This document shows, in pieces, positions 31,922-41,249 of a DNA stretch of 64,000 nt. This DNA comes from an uncultured Solirubrobacterales bacterium (GTDB lineage: Bacteria; Actinomycetota; Thermoleophilia; Solirubrobacterales; 70-9): the NCBI GenBank assembly GCA_963729065.1, contig CAVSMS010000003.1, forward strand, positions 8,005 through 72,004, in the 5' to 3' direction. Position 1 is the first letter of the stretch; each line of letters begins with the position of its first letter. The notes below the pieces were generated by a model, which saw only the letters and a program-made list of their open reading frames with translations, had not been told where the DNA came from and ran no database searches. Position numbers and translations under genes: made by a program.

Positions 31922-33982
31922 ATGCGTGAGCTTCCCCGGATCGGCGCGGAGGTGGCCGGTTACCGGCTCGAGTCGCTGGTCTCGCGCGGCGGCATGGCCG
32001 TCGTCTACCTGGCTCAGGACCTGCGCCTGAGCCGGATGGTGGCGCTGAAGATCCTCGCGGCCGAGCTTGCCGACGACGACAACTTCCGCGAGCGCTTCCT
32101 GCGCGAGTCGAGGGTGGCGGCGAGCATCGACCACCCCAACGTCATCCCGATCTACGACGCGGGCGAGGCGGACGGCGTGCTCTACATCGCCATGCGCCAT
32201 GTCGAGGACTCCGACCTCAGAGGGCTGCTGAGCGCGGCCGGGCCGCTGGAGATCGGGCGCACGGTCGCGATCGGCAGCCAGGTCGCGGGCGCGCTCGACG
32301 CGGCGCACAGGCTCGGGCTCGTCCACCGCGACGTCAAGCCGGCCAACGTCCTGCTCATCCACCGGCGATCGCCGCAGGTGCTCGATCACGTCTACCTCTC
32401 CGACTTCGGGCTCGCCAAGCACACCAGCTCGATCACCGGGCTGACGGCCACGGGCCAGTTCGTCGGCACGGTCAGCTACACGGCGCCGGAGCAGGCCCAG
32501 GGCAGGCAGGTCGACGGACGCACCGACATCTACGCGCTCGGCTGCGTCCTGTTCGAGTGCCTCGCCGGCAGGCCGCCGTTCCGCAAGGACGAGGACGTGG
32601 CGGTGGTCATGGCCCACATCAGCGAGCCGGCGCCGCCCGTGACCCAGTTCCGCCCCGATTGCCCCCCGGAGCTTGCCGGCGTCGTCGCGAAGGCCCTGGC
32701 CAAGGCGCCCGACGATCGCTTCCAGAGCGGGGACGAGCTGGTCGACGCGCTGCGCTCCGCTGGGGCCGGGGAGGCCATCGCGGTCACCAGGGTGTCCGAG
32801 TCCCCCGCGCCGGCCGAGCCCGCCGGGCCCGCGCCGCCGAGCGAGCCGCCCGCGCCGCCGAGCCAGCCCTCGGTTCCCGCCGGCGAGCCGCCCGCGTCCG
32901 GTGAGGCCGCCCGCCGCCGCTCGGTGAGCCCGTCGTGGCTGATCGCCGCGGGCCTTGCCCTCGCGGCCGCTGTCGCCGTGGCCGTGGTGCTGATCGTGGG
33001 CGGCGGCGACGACGAGGGTTCTGGCGAGCAGGGGGCGGTCGCCGGCACGACCACGGCCGCCTCGCAGCAGGGCGCGGGCGGGGGCTCGGATGCCGTCACC
33101 GGCGGCTGGCGCAGCCTGCGCGACTCGCCGATCGCGCGCCAGCAGGCGGCCGCCGCGGCCGACGAGGGCCGAATCTGGATCTTCGGCGGCCTGGTGGGCA
33201 AGGAGCAGGCGGCGAGCGCGACCAGGAGCGTCGAGGCCTACGACCCGGCGATCGACACCTGGACGACCGAGCCCGACCTGCCGGTCCGCCTGCACCACGC
33301 GAGCGCGGTCACCTACGGCGACGAGCTCGTCGTGCTCGGCGGCTGGATCCCGAAGGGCCCGAACCTCACCGCGGAGACCTCGGACAGGGTCTTCGCCCTG
33401 CGGGACGGCAAGTGGGTCGAGCTGCCGCCGCTCAACCACCCGCGCGCAGCCGCGGCGGCGTCGGTGGTCGGCGATGAGATCATCGTCGTCGGCGGCCAGG
33501 CGGACGGCGAGCTCGTCTCCGAGACGGAGGTCTTCGACGGCGAGCAGTGGCAGGACGCCGCCGCGATGCCGACCCCCCGCGAGCACCTCGCAGCACCCTC
33601 CGACGGCCGCTACGTCTACGCCGTCGGCGGGCGCTCCCTGTCGGCCGATCAGAACAGCGGCGCGTTCGAGCGTTACGACCCCGAGGCCGACCAGTGGACG
33701 AACCTGCCGAGCATGCCGAAGCCGAGCGGGAGCCTCGGGGCGGCGGTCGTCGACGGCTACGTGGTCGCGGTCGGCGGCGAGGACCCGACCCACGTCATCG
33801 ACGCCGTCCAGGCCTACGACATCGCCAACGAGGAGTGGTCCTCGCTGCCGCCGATGCGCACGCCTCGCCACGGGATGGGCGTGGTCGCGGTCGGCGACAC
33901 GCTCTACGCCATCGACGGCGCCCTCGCCCCCACGCACGCCGAGTCCACGAGCGTCGCCGAGGCGCTCGACTTCCGCGGCTAG
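31922..33982 (+). CDS. Ser/Thr protein kinase with TM helix and extracytoplasmic Kelch-repeat beta-propeller
   Basis: Hanks kinase motifs (VALK, HRDVKPANVL, DFGLAK, SYTAPE). Pro-rich linker and TM helix WLIAAGLALAAAVAVAVVLIV. Then 5-6 Kelch-like repeats (..W..LP..R...A...G..I.V.GG). The start could instead be 31883. Confidence 0.9.
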   Translation: MRELPRIGAEVAGYRLESLVSRGGMAVVYLAQDLRLSRMVALKILAAELADDDNFRERFLRESRVAASIDHPNVIPIYDAGEADGVLYIAMRHVEDSDLRGLLSAAGPLEIGRTVAIGSQVAGALDAAHRLGLVHRDVKPANVLLIHRRSPQVLDHVYLSDFGLAKHTSSITGLTATGQFVGTVSYTAPEQAQGRQVDGRTDIYALGCVLFECLAGRPPFRKDEDVAVVMAHISEPAPPVTQFRPDCPPELAGVVAKALAKAPDDRFQSGDELVDALRSAGAGEAIAVTRVSESPAPAEPAGPAPPSEPPAPPSQPSVPAGEPPASGEAARRRSVSPSWLIAAGLALAAAVAVAVVLIVGGGDDEGSGEQGAVAGTTTAASQQGAGGGSDAVTGGWRSLRDSPIARQQAAAAADEGRIWIFGGLVGKEQAASATRSVEAYDPAIDTWTTEPDLPVRLHHASAVTYGDELVVLGGWIPKGPNLTAETSDRVFALRDGKWVELPPLNHPRAAAAASVVGDEIIVVGGQADGELVSETEVFDGEQWQDAAAMPTPREHLAAPSDGRYVYAVGGRSLSADQNSGAFERYDPEADQWTNLPSMPKPSGSLGAAVVDGYVVAVGGEDPTHVIDAVQAYDIANEEWSSLPPMRTPRHGMGVVAVGDTLYAIDGALAPTHAESTSVAEALDFRG

Positions 33983-34227
33983 CGCCGCAGCTCGGTGCCG
34001 TCGTAGAGCTTGCGGACGACGACCGCGCCCGGCGGTGCCGCCTCGAGGCAGAGCTCGCAGAGCACGCACTCGTCGAGGTTCCCGCGCACGATCTCGACCC
34101 CGCCGTCACCGGCGGCGAAGATGTCGACCGGACAGACCTCCTCGAGCTTCTTCGCGAGCTCGGGGTCGGACGCCGCCTCCGGCGAGACGTCGACCTCGAT
34201 GAAGACCGCGTCGAGCTGCTCGCTCAT
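33979..34227 (-). CDS. small ferredoxin-like protein (single CxxCxxC...CP-type cluster motif)
   Basis: 82-aa gene whose ATG overlaps the ligase stop (ATGA). Cys pattern is CPVDIF ... CVLCELC. It lies in the tail of ORF 33979..35052. Confidence 0.6.
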   Translation of the reverse strand: MSEQLDAVFIEVDVSPEAASDPELAKKLEEVCPVDIFAAGDGGVEIVRGNLDECVLCELCLEAAPPGAVVVRKLYDGTELRR

Positions 34228-36353
34228 GCCAACGCCTCCTTGACCCGCCCTGGGATCTCGTCGATCCGCTCGACGACCGGGATGCCGGCGGCCTCCAGGC
34301 GGGCGATCTTCTCGGTGGCCGAATCCTCCTTGCCCTCGACGATGGTGCCGGCGTGGCCGAAGCTCATCCCCTGCATCTCCTCGTCGTCCATGAACTTCCC
34401 GGCCATGAAGGCGACGATCGGCAGCCGCGAGCCGTTGGCCTCGCGCCAGTCGACCAGCTCGGCCTCCATCCGCCCGCCGGGCTCGGTGTAGATCACGATC
34501 GCCTCGGTCTGCTCGTCGGCCTCGAACAGCGGCATCAGCTCGGCGTAGGTGGAGCCGATGATCGCGTCGCCGCCGATGGAGACGGCGGTCGAGACGCCGA
34601 GGCCCGCGGCCGTGAGCGAGGAGGAGATCTCGGTGGTCATGCCGCCCGAGCGCGACATGACGCCGACGCGGCCGGGCTCGTAGGCCTTGCGGGCGTCCTT
34701 CGCCGGGCCGCCGATGCCGCCCATCTTGGCGACGCCGGGGGCGATCACGCCGAGGCAGTTCGGCCCGATGATCCGCGCCCCCCGCTCGTTCGCGAGCTCG
34801 ACCATCTGCGCGACGTCGCGGCGCGGGATGCGCTCGGTGACCACCACGATCAGCTTGATCCCGTTCTCGATCGCCTCCAGGACGGCGTCCTTGGTGAACG
34901 CGGGGGGGACGGTGACGACCGAGCCATCCGGGGCGGAGCCGTGGTGGTCGGCCACCTGCTCGACGGTGTCGAAGACGGGCACGCCGTGCACGTCGCGGCC
35001 CTTGCGGCCGGGCGTGACCCCGCCGACGATCTGCGAGCCGTAGTCGAGGCACTCCCGGGTCAGGTTCACGGCCTCGCGCCCGGTGATGCCCTGGACGATG
35101 AAGGTGAAGTCCTCGTTCAGGAGGATGCTCATCGCCGCACCACCCGCATCGCCCTGAATCTTGGCGACCGCCTCACCGGCCGCCTCCCACATCGACGTGT
35201 TGCGGTCGCGGAACTCGACGCCGTACTTGGAGAGGATCTTGGCGCCCTCCTCCTCCCACGCACCGGGAATCCTGAAGACGGCGATCGTCTCGGCCGGGTC
35301 CTTGCCGAGCTCGAGGCAGGCCTTGATCACGCCGCGCGCGACGATGTCGACCCGCGTGTTGGAGACGATCGACATCATCACCGCGATCTTCTCGACCCCG
35401 TCCTTGTTCAGGACCTCCATCGCGAGGCCCTTCGACTTCGCGACCGACGGGTTGCCGCCGATCTCGGCGTAGTTGGCGGGCTTGCCGCCCTGGGAGCGGA
35501 CCGCGTCGGTGAGCGTCAGCGAGCCGCCGCCGGCGCCGATCACGAGCCCGAGGTTGCCGCTGAAGCCGTGGTCCTTGCCCTGGATCACCCCGCGGTGGTC
35601 GGCGGCGTCGATCGCCTTGACGTTGCGCTCGAAGGCCGATGGCTCGTAGAGCTCTCGCGGCTCGTCGAGGTCGACGCCGATCTCCGAGAGCAGCTTGCGG
35701 TGGCGGCCGACCGCCTCGTCCTCCATCTCCATGTGGGCGTCGAGGGCGACGAAGGAACCGTCGGCGAGCCGCGCGAGCGGGTTGATCTCGGCGAGGGTCA
35801 TGTCGAAGTCGCGCTGCAGCCGGGCGAGGCGGGCGAGGACGGCCGTGGCGCGGTTGAGCTCCGAGCCGGTCATGCCGCAGCGGGCGACCGCCTGCTTGGC
35901 CTCGAAGTCGGCGACCGGGTGCAGGTTCGAGAGGTGCCCGCGCCCGACGTGGTCGGGGTGCTCGAGGGCGACCTGCTCGATGTCGATCCCGCCCATGTCG
36001 CTGAACAGCATCATCGGGCGCTTGGCGCGCCCGTCCCAGAGCACCGCGGCGTAGTACTCGTGCGCGACCTCGGCCTTCGGGTCGACCAGGACCCCGACCG
36101 GCATGTGCCCCCCGATCTCGAGCTCGAGGATCTGGGCCGCGTGCGCCTCGGCCTCCTCCGGGCTGTCGGCGAACTTCACCCCGCCGGCCTTCATCCGCCC
36201 GCCCGTGAGCACCTGCGACTTGATCACCGTCGGCCCGCCGATCCGCTCGGCGGCCTCGCGGGCCTCGGCCGCCGTGGTGGCGAAGCCGTAGTCGGTCACC
36301 GGGATTCCGGCCCGCTCGACGATCCGCCGTGATTCGTACTCGTAGAAGCGCAT
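34224..36353 (-). CDS. succinyl-CoA-synthetase-family acid-CoA ligase, beta(ATP-grasp)-alpha fusion
   Basis: Start MRFYEYESRRIVERAGIPV at 36353. The beta-like part ends ...KIQGDAGGAA. It runs in frame, with no stop, into the alpha-like part MSILLNEDFTFIVQGITG (Met codon 35130-35132). The alpha part carries SRSGGMTTE and the phosphohistidine motif SFGHAGTIV. Confidence 0.85.
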   Translation of the reverse strand: MRFYEYESRRIVERAGIPVTDYGFATTAAEAREAAERIGGPTVIKSQVLTGGRMKAGGVKFADSPEEAEAHAAQILELEIGGHMPVGVLVDPKAEVAHEYYAAVLWDGRAKRPMMLFSDMGGIDIEQVALEHPDHVGRGHLSNLHPVADFEAKQAVARCGMTGSELNRATAVLARLARLQRDFDMTLAEINPLARLADGSFVALDAHMEMEDEAVGRHRKLLSEIGVDLDEPRELYEPSAFERNVKAIDAADHRGVIQGKDHGFSGNLGLVIGAGGGSLTLTDAVRSQGGKPANYAEIGGNPSVAKSKGLAMEVLNKDGVEKIAVMMSIVSNTRVDIVARGVIKACLELGKDPAETIAVFRIPGAWEEEGAKILSKYGVEFRDRNTSMWEAAGEAVAKIQGDAGGAAMSILLNEDFTFIVQGITGREAVNLTRECLDYGSQIVGGVTPGRKGRDVHGVPVFDTVEQVADHHGSAPDGSVVTVPPAFTKDAVLEAIENGIKLIVVVTERIPRRDVAQMVELANERGARIIGPNCLGVIAPGVAKMGGIGGPAKDARKAYEPGRVGVMSRSGGMTTEISSSLTAAGLGVSTAVSIGGDAIIGSTYAELMPLFEADEQTEAIVIYTEPGGRMEAELVDWREANGSRLPIVAFMAGKFMDDEEMQGMSFGHAGTIVEGKEDSATEKIARLEAAGIPVVERIDEIPGRVKEALA

Positions 36354-36398
36354 GGCGCGGCGCGGGAGGCTAGTCGATCGGGCGATATCGTCGGCGCG

Positions 36399-37751
36399 GT
36401 GAAGGAGCGATCCGCGGACGTTGTCGTGGTCGGTGCGGGCCTTGCGGGGCTCGCCGCGGCGCGGGAGCTGGCCGCCTCCGGGCGGGACCCGATCGTGCTC
36501 GAGGCCCGCGACCGGGTCGGGGGCAGGACCCTGAACGAGCCGATCGGCGACGGCAAGGTGGTCGAGATCGGCGCCCAGTGGGTGGGCCCCACGCAGGATC
36601 GTGTGCTGGCGCTGATCCGCGAGCTCGGGCTCGAGACCTTCCCCACCTACGCCCGCGGGAAGAACATCTTCGAGCGCGAGGGCAAGCTCAGCGAGTACTC
36701 GGGCGCGATCCCGCGCGCCAACCCGGTCGGCCTCGCCGAGGTCGGGGTGGCGATGAAGCGGCTCAACCTGATGGCCGCCAAGGTCTCGCCCGAGGCGCCC
36801 TGGCGCGCGCCCAAGGCCGACCGCTGGGACTCCGAGACCTTCGCGACCTGGATGCGCCGCAACGTCCGCACCGAGGTCGCGCGCGACATCCTGCGGCTGG
36901 CGATCATCGGCGTCTGGGCGGCCGAGCCGCGCGACGTCTCCCTGCTGCACGTCCTCTTCTACATCCGCTCGGCCGGCTCATTGGAGATCCTCATCGGCAC
37001 CGAGGGCGGGGCCCAGCAGGACCGGGTGGTGGGCGGCACGCAGCTGATCTCGCTGCGGATGGCGGAGCAGCTCGGCCCGGTGGTCGAGCTGCAGACCCCG
37101 GTGCGCGCGATCCGCCACAGCGACGCCGGCGTGACCGTCGTCTCGGACCGGCTGGAGGTCAGCGCCCGCCGCGCGATCGTCGCGATTCCCCCGGCGCTCG
37201 CCGGGCGGATCGCGTACGAGCCGGCGCTGCCGGCGGTGCGCGACGGCCTCTCGCAGCGGATGGCGCAGGGCAGCGTCGTCAAGTGCATGGCCGTCTACGA
37301 GCGCCCGTTCTGGCGCGAGCGCGGGCTCTCCGGGGCCGTGACCAGCGTCAGCGGGCCGGTCTCGGTGGGGTTCGACAACTCGCCCCCGGACGGCTCGCCC
37401 GGCGTGCTGCTCGGGTTCCTCGAGGGCCAGGCGGCGCGCGAGGCCGCCGACCTCACCCGCGACGAGCGCCGCCGCCTGGTCGCCGAGTGCTTCGGGCGCC
37501 TCTTCGGCCCCGAGGCGGCACAGCCGATCGACTACGTCGACCGCGCCTGGGGCGCCGATCCCTGGTCGCGCGGCTGTTACGGCGGGTTCATGCCGACCGG
37601 CGCCTGGACGGACTACGGCGCGGCGCTGCGCGAGCCGATCGGCCCGATCCACTGGGCCGGCGCCGAGACCGCCGTGGTCTGGAACGGCTACATGGACGGC
37701 GCCGTCGGCTCCGGCCGGGACGCCGCCCAAGCGGCGCTCGCCAGCCTCTAG
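36399..37751 (+). CDS. flavin-containing amine oxidase (putrescine-oxidase-like)
   Basis: GTG start. FAD motif VVVVGAGLAGLAAARELA..LEARDRVGGRT. The IGAQWVGPTQDRVLALIRELGL pattern and the C-terminal HWAGAETA...GYMDGAV match flavin monoamine oxidases. Confidence 0.9.
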   Translation: MKERSADVVVVGAGLAGLAAARELAASGRDPIVLEARDRVGGRTLNEPIGDGKVVEIGAQWVGPTQDRVLALIRELGLETFPTYARGKNIFEREGKLSEYSGAIPRANPVGLAEVGVAMKRLNLMAAKVSPEAPWRAPKADRWDSETFATWMRRNVRTEVARDILRLAIIGVWAAEPRDVSLLHVLFYIRSAGSLEILIGTEGGAQQDRVVGGTQLISLRMAEQLGPVVELQTPVRAIRHSDAGVTVVSDRLEVSARRAIVAIPPALAGRIAYEPALPAVRDGLSQRMAQGSVVKCMAVYERPFWRERGLSGAVTSVSGPVSVGFDNSPPDGSPGVLLGFLEGQAAREAADLTRDERRRLVAECFGRLFGPEAAQPIDYVDRAWGADPWSRGCYGGFMPTGAWTDYGAALREPIGPIHWAGAETAVVWNGYMDGAVGSGRDAAQAALASL

Positions 37752-37872
37752 TCGCGCTCCGGACGCGCTCCGTCGACACAGCGCGCGCCACCCGCGCGCC
37801 CGCAGCCGCGACTCTCGAGGCGATGGGCCGCCAACCGCACGAAGTGGCAAACATGAGCGACACTTCGCAACG

Positions 37873-38807
37873 TTGGCCGGGAGAGCGGCGCTGGCGGAGC
37901 TCGCGACGCGCCAGCACGGGGTCGTCGCGATCGCCCAATTGCACGAGCTCGGGTGGACGACCACCGCGGTCTCGGACCGCCTGGCGGCCGGCAAGCTCCA
38001 TCGCCTGTACCGCGGCGTGTACGCGGTCGGGCACAGGCGGCTCGCGGCGCGCGGCTCGCTGATGGCTGGCGGTCCTCGCCTGCGGGCCCGAGGCGGTGCT
38101 CTCGCACCGGTCGGCGGCCGAGCTGCGCGGCTGCGCGACGCCGATTCTGGGTCGATCGAGGTACTCGGTCCGAGGCGCGTGCGCAGCGCCAGGCGGGAGC
38201 TTCAGCGCCACGCGTGGTCGGACGACCTCGCCCGACCGCACCGTCGTCGACGGCATCCCTTGCGCGGGCGTGGCCCTGACGCTGCTTGGGGTGGCCGAGG
38301 TCGCGCCCGATTCGCTGGAGCAGGCGATCGCCGCCGCCGAGCGCCGGCGGATGCTCGACCGCCGCGAGCTCGACGGGCTGCTGGAATCCCGCGCCGAGCC
38401 GCCCGGGTGCCGCGGCTCTGCGCATCGCCCTCGCTCGCATCCGCGTCGAGGACGAGTGGTCGCGAAGCGAGTTCGAGCGCCGGTTCTTGCGCCTGTGCAC
38501 GGAGGCCGGGCTGCCGCGCCCACGACTCAACGCCTGGGTCGAGGTCCCGGGCGACGGCTTCGAGGTCGACTTCAGCTGGCCCTCGGCGCGCGTGATCGTC
38601 GAGGCCGACAGCTACCGGTCGCACGGGGATCGCGCGGCCTTCGAGCTCGATCGCCGCAGGGACCAGCTGCTGGCCGCCGCCGGTTGGCGGGTCCTGAGGG
38701 TCACCTGGCGACAGCTCACCGGCGAGCCGCAGCGCGTCGTCGAAGCGCTGCGCCGCCTCGTGCCGATCAGCCCAAGGATGAAGCCGCCGCGGACTCCCAG
38801 CAAGTGA
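37873..38807 (+). pseudogene. AbiEi-N-like / DUF559 (Vsr-endonuclease-fold) protein, at least 4 frameshifts
   Basis: Family-typical segments are spread over three frames: LAELATRQHGVVAIAQL...YRGVYAVG, AVLACGPEAVLSHRSAAELRG, SIEVLGPRRVRSARRELQRH, DRTVVDGIPC...LLGVAEV, and RSEFERRFLRLCTEAGLPRPRLNAWV...EADSYRSHGDRAAFELDRRRDQLLAAAGWRVLRVTW. The switches are near 38067, 38128, 38230 and 38395. Confidence 0.7.
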
Positions 38808-38975
38808 TCGGCCCGAGCATCCGTTGTTCCTTCGTGATGGGAGGCCGGCGTTTCCGCGCCCCGGGCGGGTAATCCGGGTGTAACGTCGCTCTCACTCCAT
38901 CTCAGGCAAAATGACCCCTCTCCCGCGACGCACTCAGAGCAGAGGACAGCCGCGATTAACGCGTAAGAAAAGGAG

Positions 38976-40799
38976 TTGAAGCTCAACTTGACCGACGCCA
39001 CGGCCCCGACGAAGCAACTGACGGACAACCCGCGCCTGGTCTCCTGGGTCGAGGAGATCGCCGAGCTCACCCAGCCGGACTCGATCCACTGGTGTGACGG
39101 GTCCGCCGAGGAGTACGACCGGCTCTGCCAGGAGCTCGTCGAGGCGGGGACGTTCGAGAAGCTCTCCGACGCCAAGCGCCCCAACTCCTACCTCGGGCGG
39201 TCGGATCCCGGCGACGTCGCTCGGGTCGAGGACCGGACCTTCATCTGCAGCGAGCGCGAGGACGCGGCGGGGCCCACCAACAACTGGCGCGATCCGGCCG
39301 AGATGCGCGAGCACCTGCGCGAGCTCTTCCGCGGCTCGATGAAGGGGCGCACGATGTACGTCGTCCCGTTCTCGATGGGGCCGCTGGGCTCGCCGATCGC
39401 CCACATCGGCGTCCAGCTCACGGACTCGGCCTACGTCGCGACCTCGATGCGGATCATGACCCGGATGGGGGAGGGCGCGCTCGAGGTGCTGGGCTCCGAC
39501 GGCGACTTCGTCCCCTGCGTGCACTCGGTCGGGATGCCGCTCGCCGAGGGCCAGGACGACGTCCCCTGGCCCTGCAACGCCGAGAACAAGTACATCGTCC
39601 ACTACCCCGAGACGCGCGAGATCTGGTCCTACGGGTCGGGCTACGGCGGCAACGCCCTGCTGGGCAAGAAGTGCTTTGCGCTGCGGATCGCCTCGGCGAT
39701 GGCCCGCGACGAGGGCTGGATGGCCGAGCACATGCTGATCCTGAAGCTGACCTCCCCCGAGGGCGAGGTCAAGTACGTCGCCGGCGCGTTCCCCTCGGCC
39801 TGCGGGAAGACCAACCTGGCGATGCTGATCCCGACCCTCCCCGACTGGACGGTGGAGACGGTCGGCGACGACATCGCCTGGATGAAGTTCGGCGACGACG
39901 GCCGCCTCTACGCCGTCAACCCCGAGGCGGGCTTCTTCGGCGTGGCCCCGAACACGAGCCACAAGACGAACCCGAACGCGATGGACACGATCGAGCGCAA
40001 TTCGATCTTCACCAACTGCGCGCTCACCGACGACGGCGACATCTGGTGGGAGGGGATGACCGGCGAGCCGCCGGCGCACGCGATCGACTGGAAGGGCAAC
40101 GACTGGACGCCGGACAGCGAGGAGCCCGCGGCGCACCCGAACGCGCGCTTCACCACTCCCGCGGCGCAGTGCCCGTCGATCGCGCCCGAGTGGGAGGACC
40201 CGGCCGGCGTGCCGATCGACGCGTTCCTCTTCGGCGGCCGCCGGGCGACCGTGCAGCCGCTGGTGAGCGAGTCGTTCGACTGGGAGCACGGCGTCTTCCT
40301 CGGAGCCACGATGTCCTCGGAGACCACGGCGGCGGCGGCCGGCGCGGTCGGCGAGCTGCGCTTCGACCCGATGGCGATGCTGCCCTTCTGCGGCTACAAC
40401 ATGGCCGACTACTTCAGCCACTGGCTGGCGATCGCCCGCGAGCACCCGGACCGGATGCCGCGGATCTTCGTCGTCAACTGGTTCCGCAAGGATGCCGACG
40501 GCAAGTTCCTCTGGCCCGGCTTCGGCGAGAACAGCCGCGTGCTCGAGTGGATCTTCCGCCGCTGCAACGGCGAGGGCGACACGGTCGAGACGCCGATCGG
40601 GCTCGTCCCGGCCGAGGGCGACCTCGACCTGCGCGGGCTCGAGATCTCCGACGAGGCGATGCGCCAGCTGCTCACCGTCGACGCCGACAAGGTCCAGGCG
40701 CAGCTGCCTCAGGTGGAGGCGTTCCTGGAGAAGTTCGGCGACAGGCTGCCGGACGAGATCAAGCGCCAGCTCGAGGCGCTGCGCGAGCGCCTGGCCTGA
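38976..40799 (+). CDS. pckG: phosphoenolpyruvate carboxykinase (GTP)
   Basis: 607-aa intact ORF. TTG start after AAAAGGAG. Kinase-1a motif FPSACGKTN, plus GDDIAWM and [22 protein letters not shown]. Confidence 0.95.
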   Translation: MKLNLTDATAPTKQLTDNPRLVSWVEEIAELTQPDSIHWCDGSAEEYDRLCQELVEAGTFEKLSDAKRPNSYLGRSDPGDVARVEDRTFICSEREDAAGPTNNWRDPAEMREHLRELFRGSMKGRTMYVVPFSMGPLGSPIAHIGVQLTDSAYVATSMRIMTRMGEGALEVLGSDGDFVPCVHSVGMPLAEGQDDVPWPCNAENKYIVHYPETREIWSYGSGYGGNALLGKKCFALRIASAMARDEGWMAEHMLILKLTSPEGEVKYVAGAFPSACGKTNLAMLIPTLPDWTVETVGDDIAWMKFGDDGRLYAVNPEAGFFGVAPNTSHKTNPNAMDTIERNSIFTNCALTDDGDIWWEGMTGEPPAHAIDWKGNDWTPDSEEPAAHPNARFTTPAAQCPSIAPEWEDPAGVPIDAFLFGGRRATVQPLVSESFDWEHGVFLGATMSSETTAAAAGAVGELRFDPMAMLPFCGYNMADYFSHWLAIAREHPDRMPRIFVVNWFRKDADGKFLWPGFGENSRVLEWIFRRCNGEGDTVETPIGLVPAEGDLDLRGLEISDEAMRQLLTVDADKVQAQLPQVEAFLEKFGDRLPDEIKRQLEALRERLA

Positions 40800-40806
40800 G
40801 CTCCGC

Positions 40807-41211
40807 TTAGTCCGAGTAGCGCTCGAGCCCGGCCCGGATCGGGTCCGGGATCGGAATCGGGCCCGGCTGCCCGCGCTCGACGAAGACGTGGCGCAGCTCG
40901 CCCTCGGCCACCGGCTCGCCGCCGCGCTCGATCGCCAGGTCGGTGGTCATCGAGGTGTTGCCGAGGCGCACCGAGCGGATCACGAGGTCGGCGTCGTCGT
41001 CGAAGCCGAGCGAGGCGAGGTAGCGGACCCGGGCCTCCGCGACGACCATGTCGACGCCGTCGTCGACCATCCCGGTGTAGCCGCCGATCTCGCGCCAGAG
41101 CTCGGTGATCGCGATGTCGAAGTAGGTCAGGTAGTTGGCGTTGAAGACGTGCCCCTGCGGGTCGCACTCGTGATAGCGGACCTGGATCCGGTATCTGAAC
41201 TGCTCGCCCAC
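40807..41211 (-). CDS. acyl-CoA thioesterase (4HBT / YbgC-like hotdog fold)
   Basis: GTG at 41209-41211 is preceded by GAGAGGA. FRYRIQVRYHECDPQGHVFNANYLTYFD is the 4HBT active-site pattern. There is no stop upstream in this frame until 42123. Confidence 0.75.
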   Translation of the reverse strand: MGEQFRYRIQVRYHECDPQGHVFNANYLTYFDIAITELWREIGGYTGMVDDGVDMVVAEARVRYLASLGFDDDADLVIRSVRLGNTSMTTDLAIERGGEPVAEGELRHVFVERGQPGPIPIPDPIRAGLERYSD

Positions 41212-41249
41212 GGGCGGGGATCCTCTCAGTTGGCGCTGGCGCTCAGCGG

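Noticed and set aside
31799-34069. Upstream 750 codons of the 910-aa minus-strand ORF
   Set aside because: It is antisense to the Ser/Thr kinase. Only the last 153 codons (31337-31798), which have a signal peptide, look like a gene.
37873-38807. Active toxin-antitoxin/abortive-infection or mobile element
   Set aside because: It is a single gene with no partner toxin, integrase or repeats. The gene is broken in at least four places.
38808-38975. Search for tRNA or small RNA genes in the larger intergenic gaps (also 3002-3103, 3488-3659, 21393-21513, 37752-37872, 47903-48039)
   Set aside because: No cloverleaf-compatible arms, conserved T-loop (GTTCRANYC) or rRNA-like sequence could be seen. 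The gaps are best explained as promoters and leaders.
38612-39184. 190-aa minus-strand ORF spanning the pckG upstream region
   Set aside because: It overlaps the 5' end of pckG and the 3' end of the DUF559 relic in antisense. It is Ser-rich and low-complexity, with no start context.
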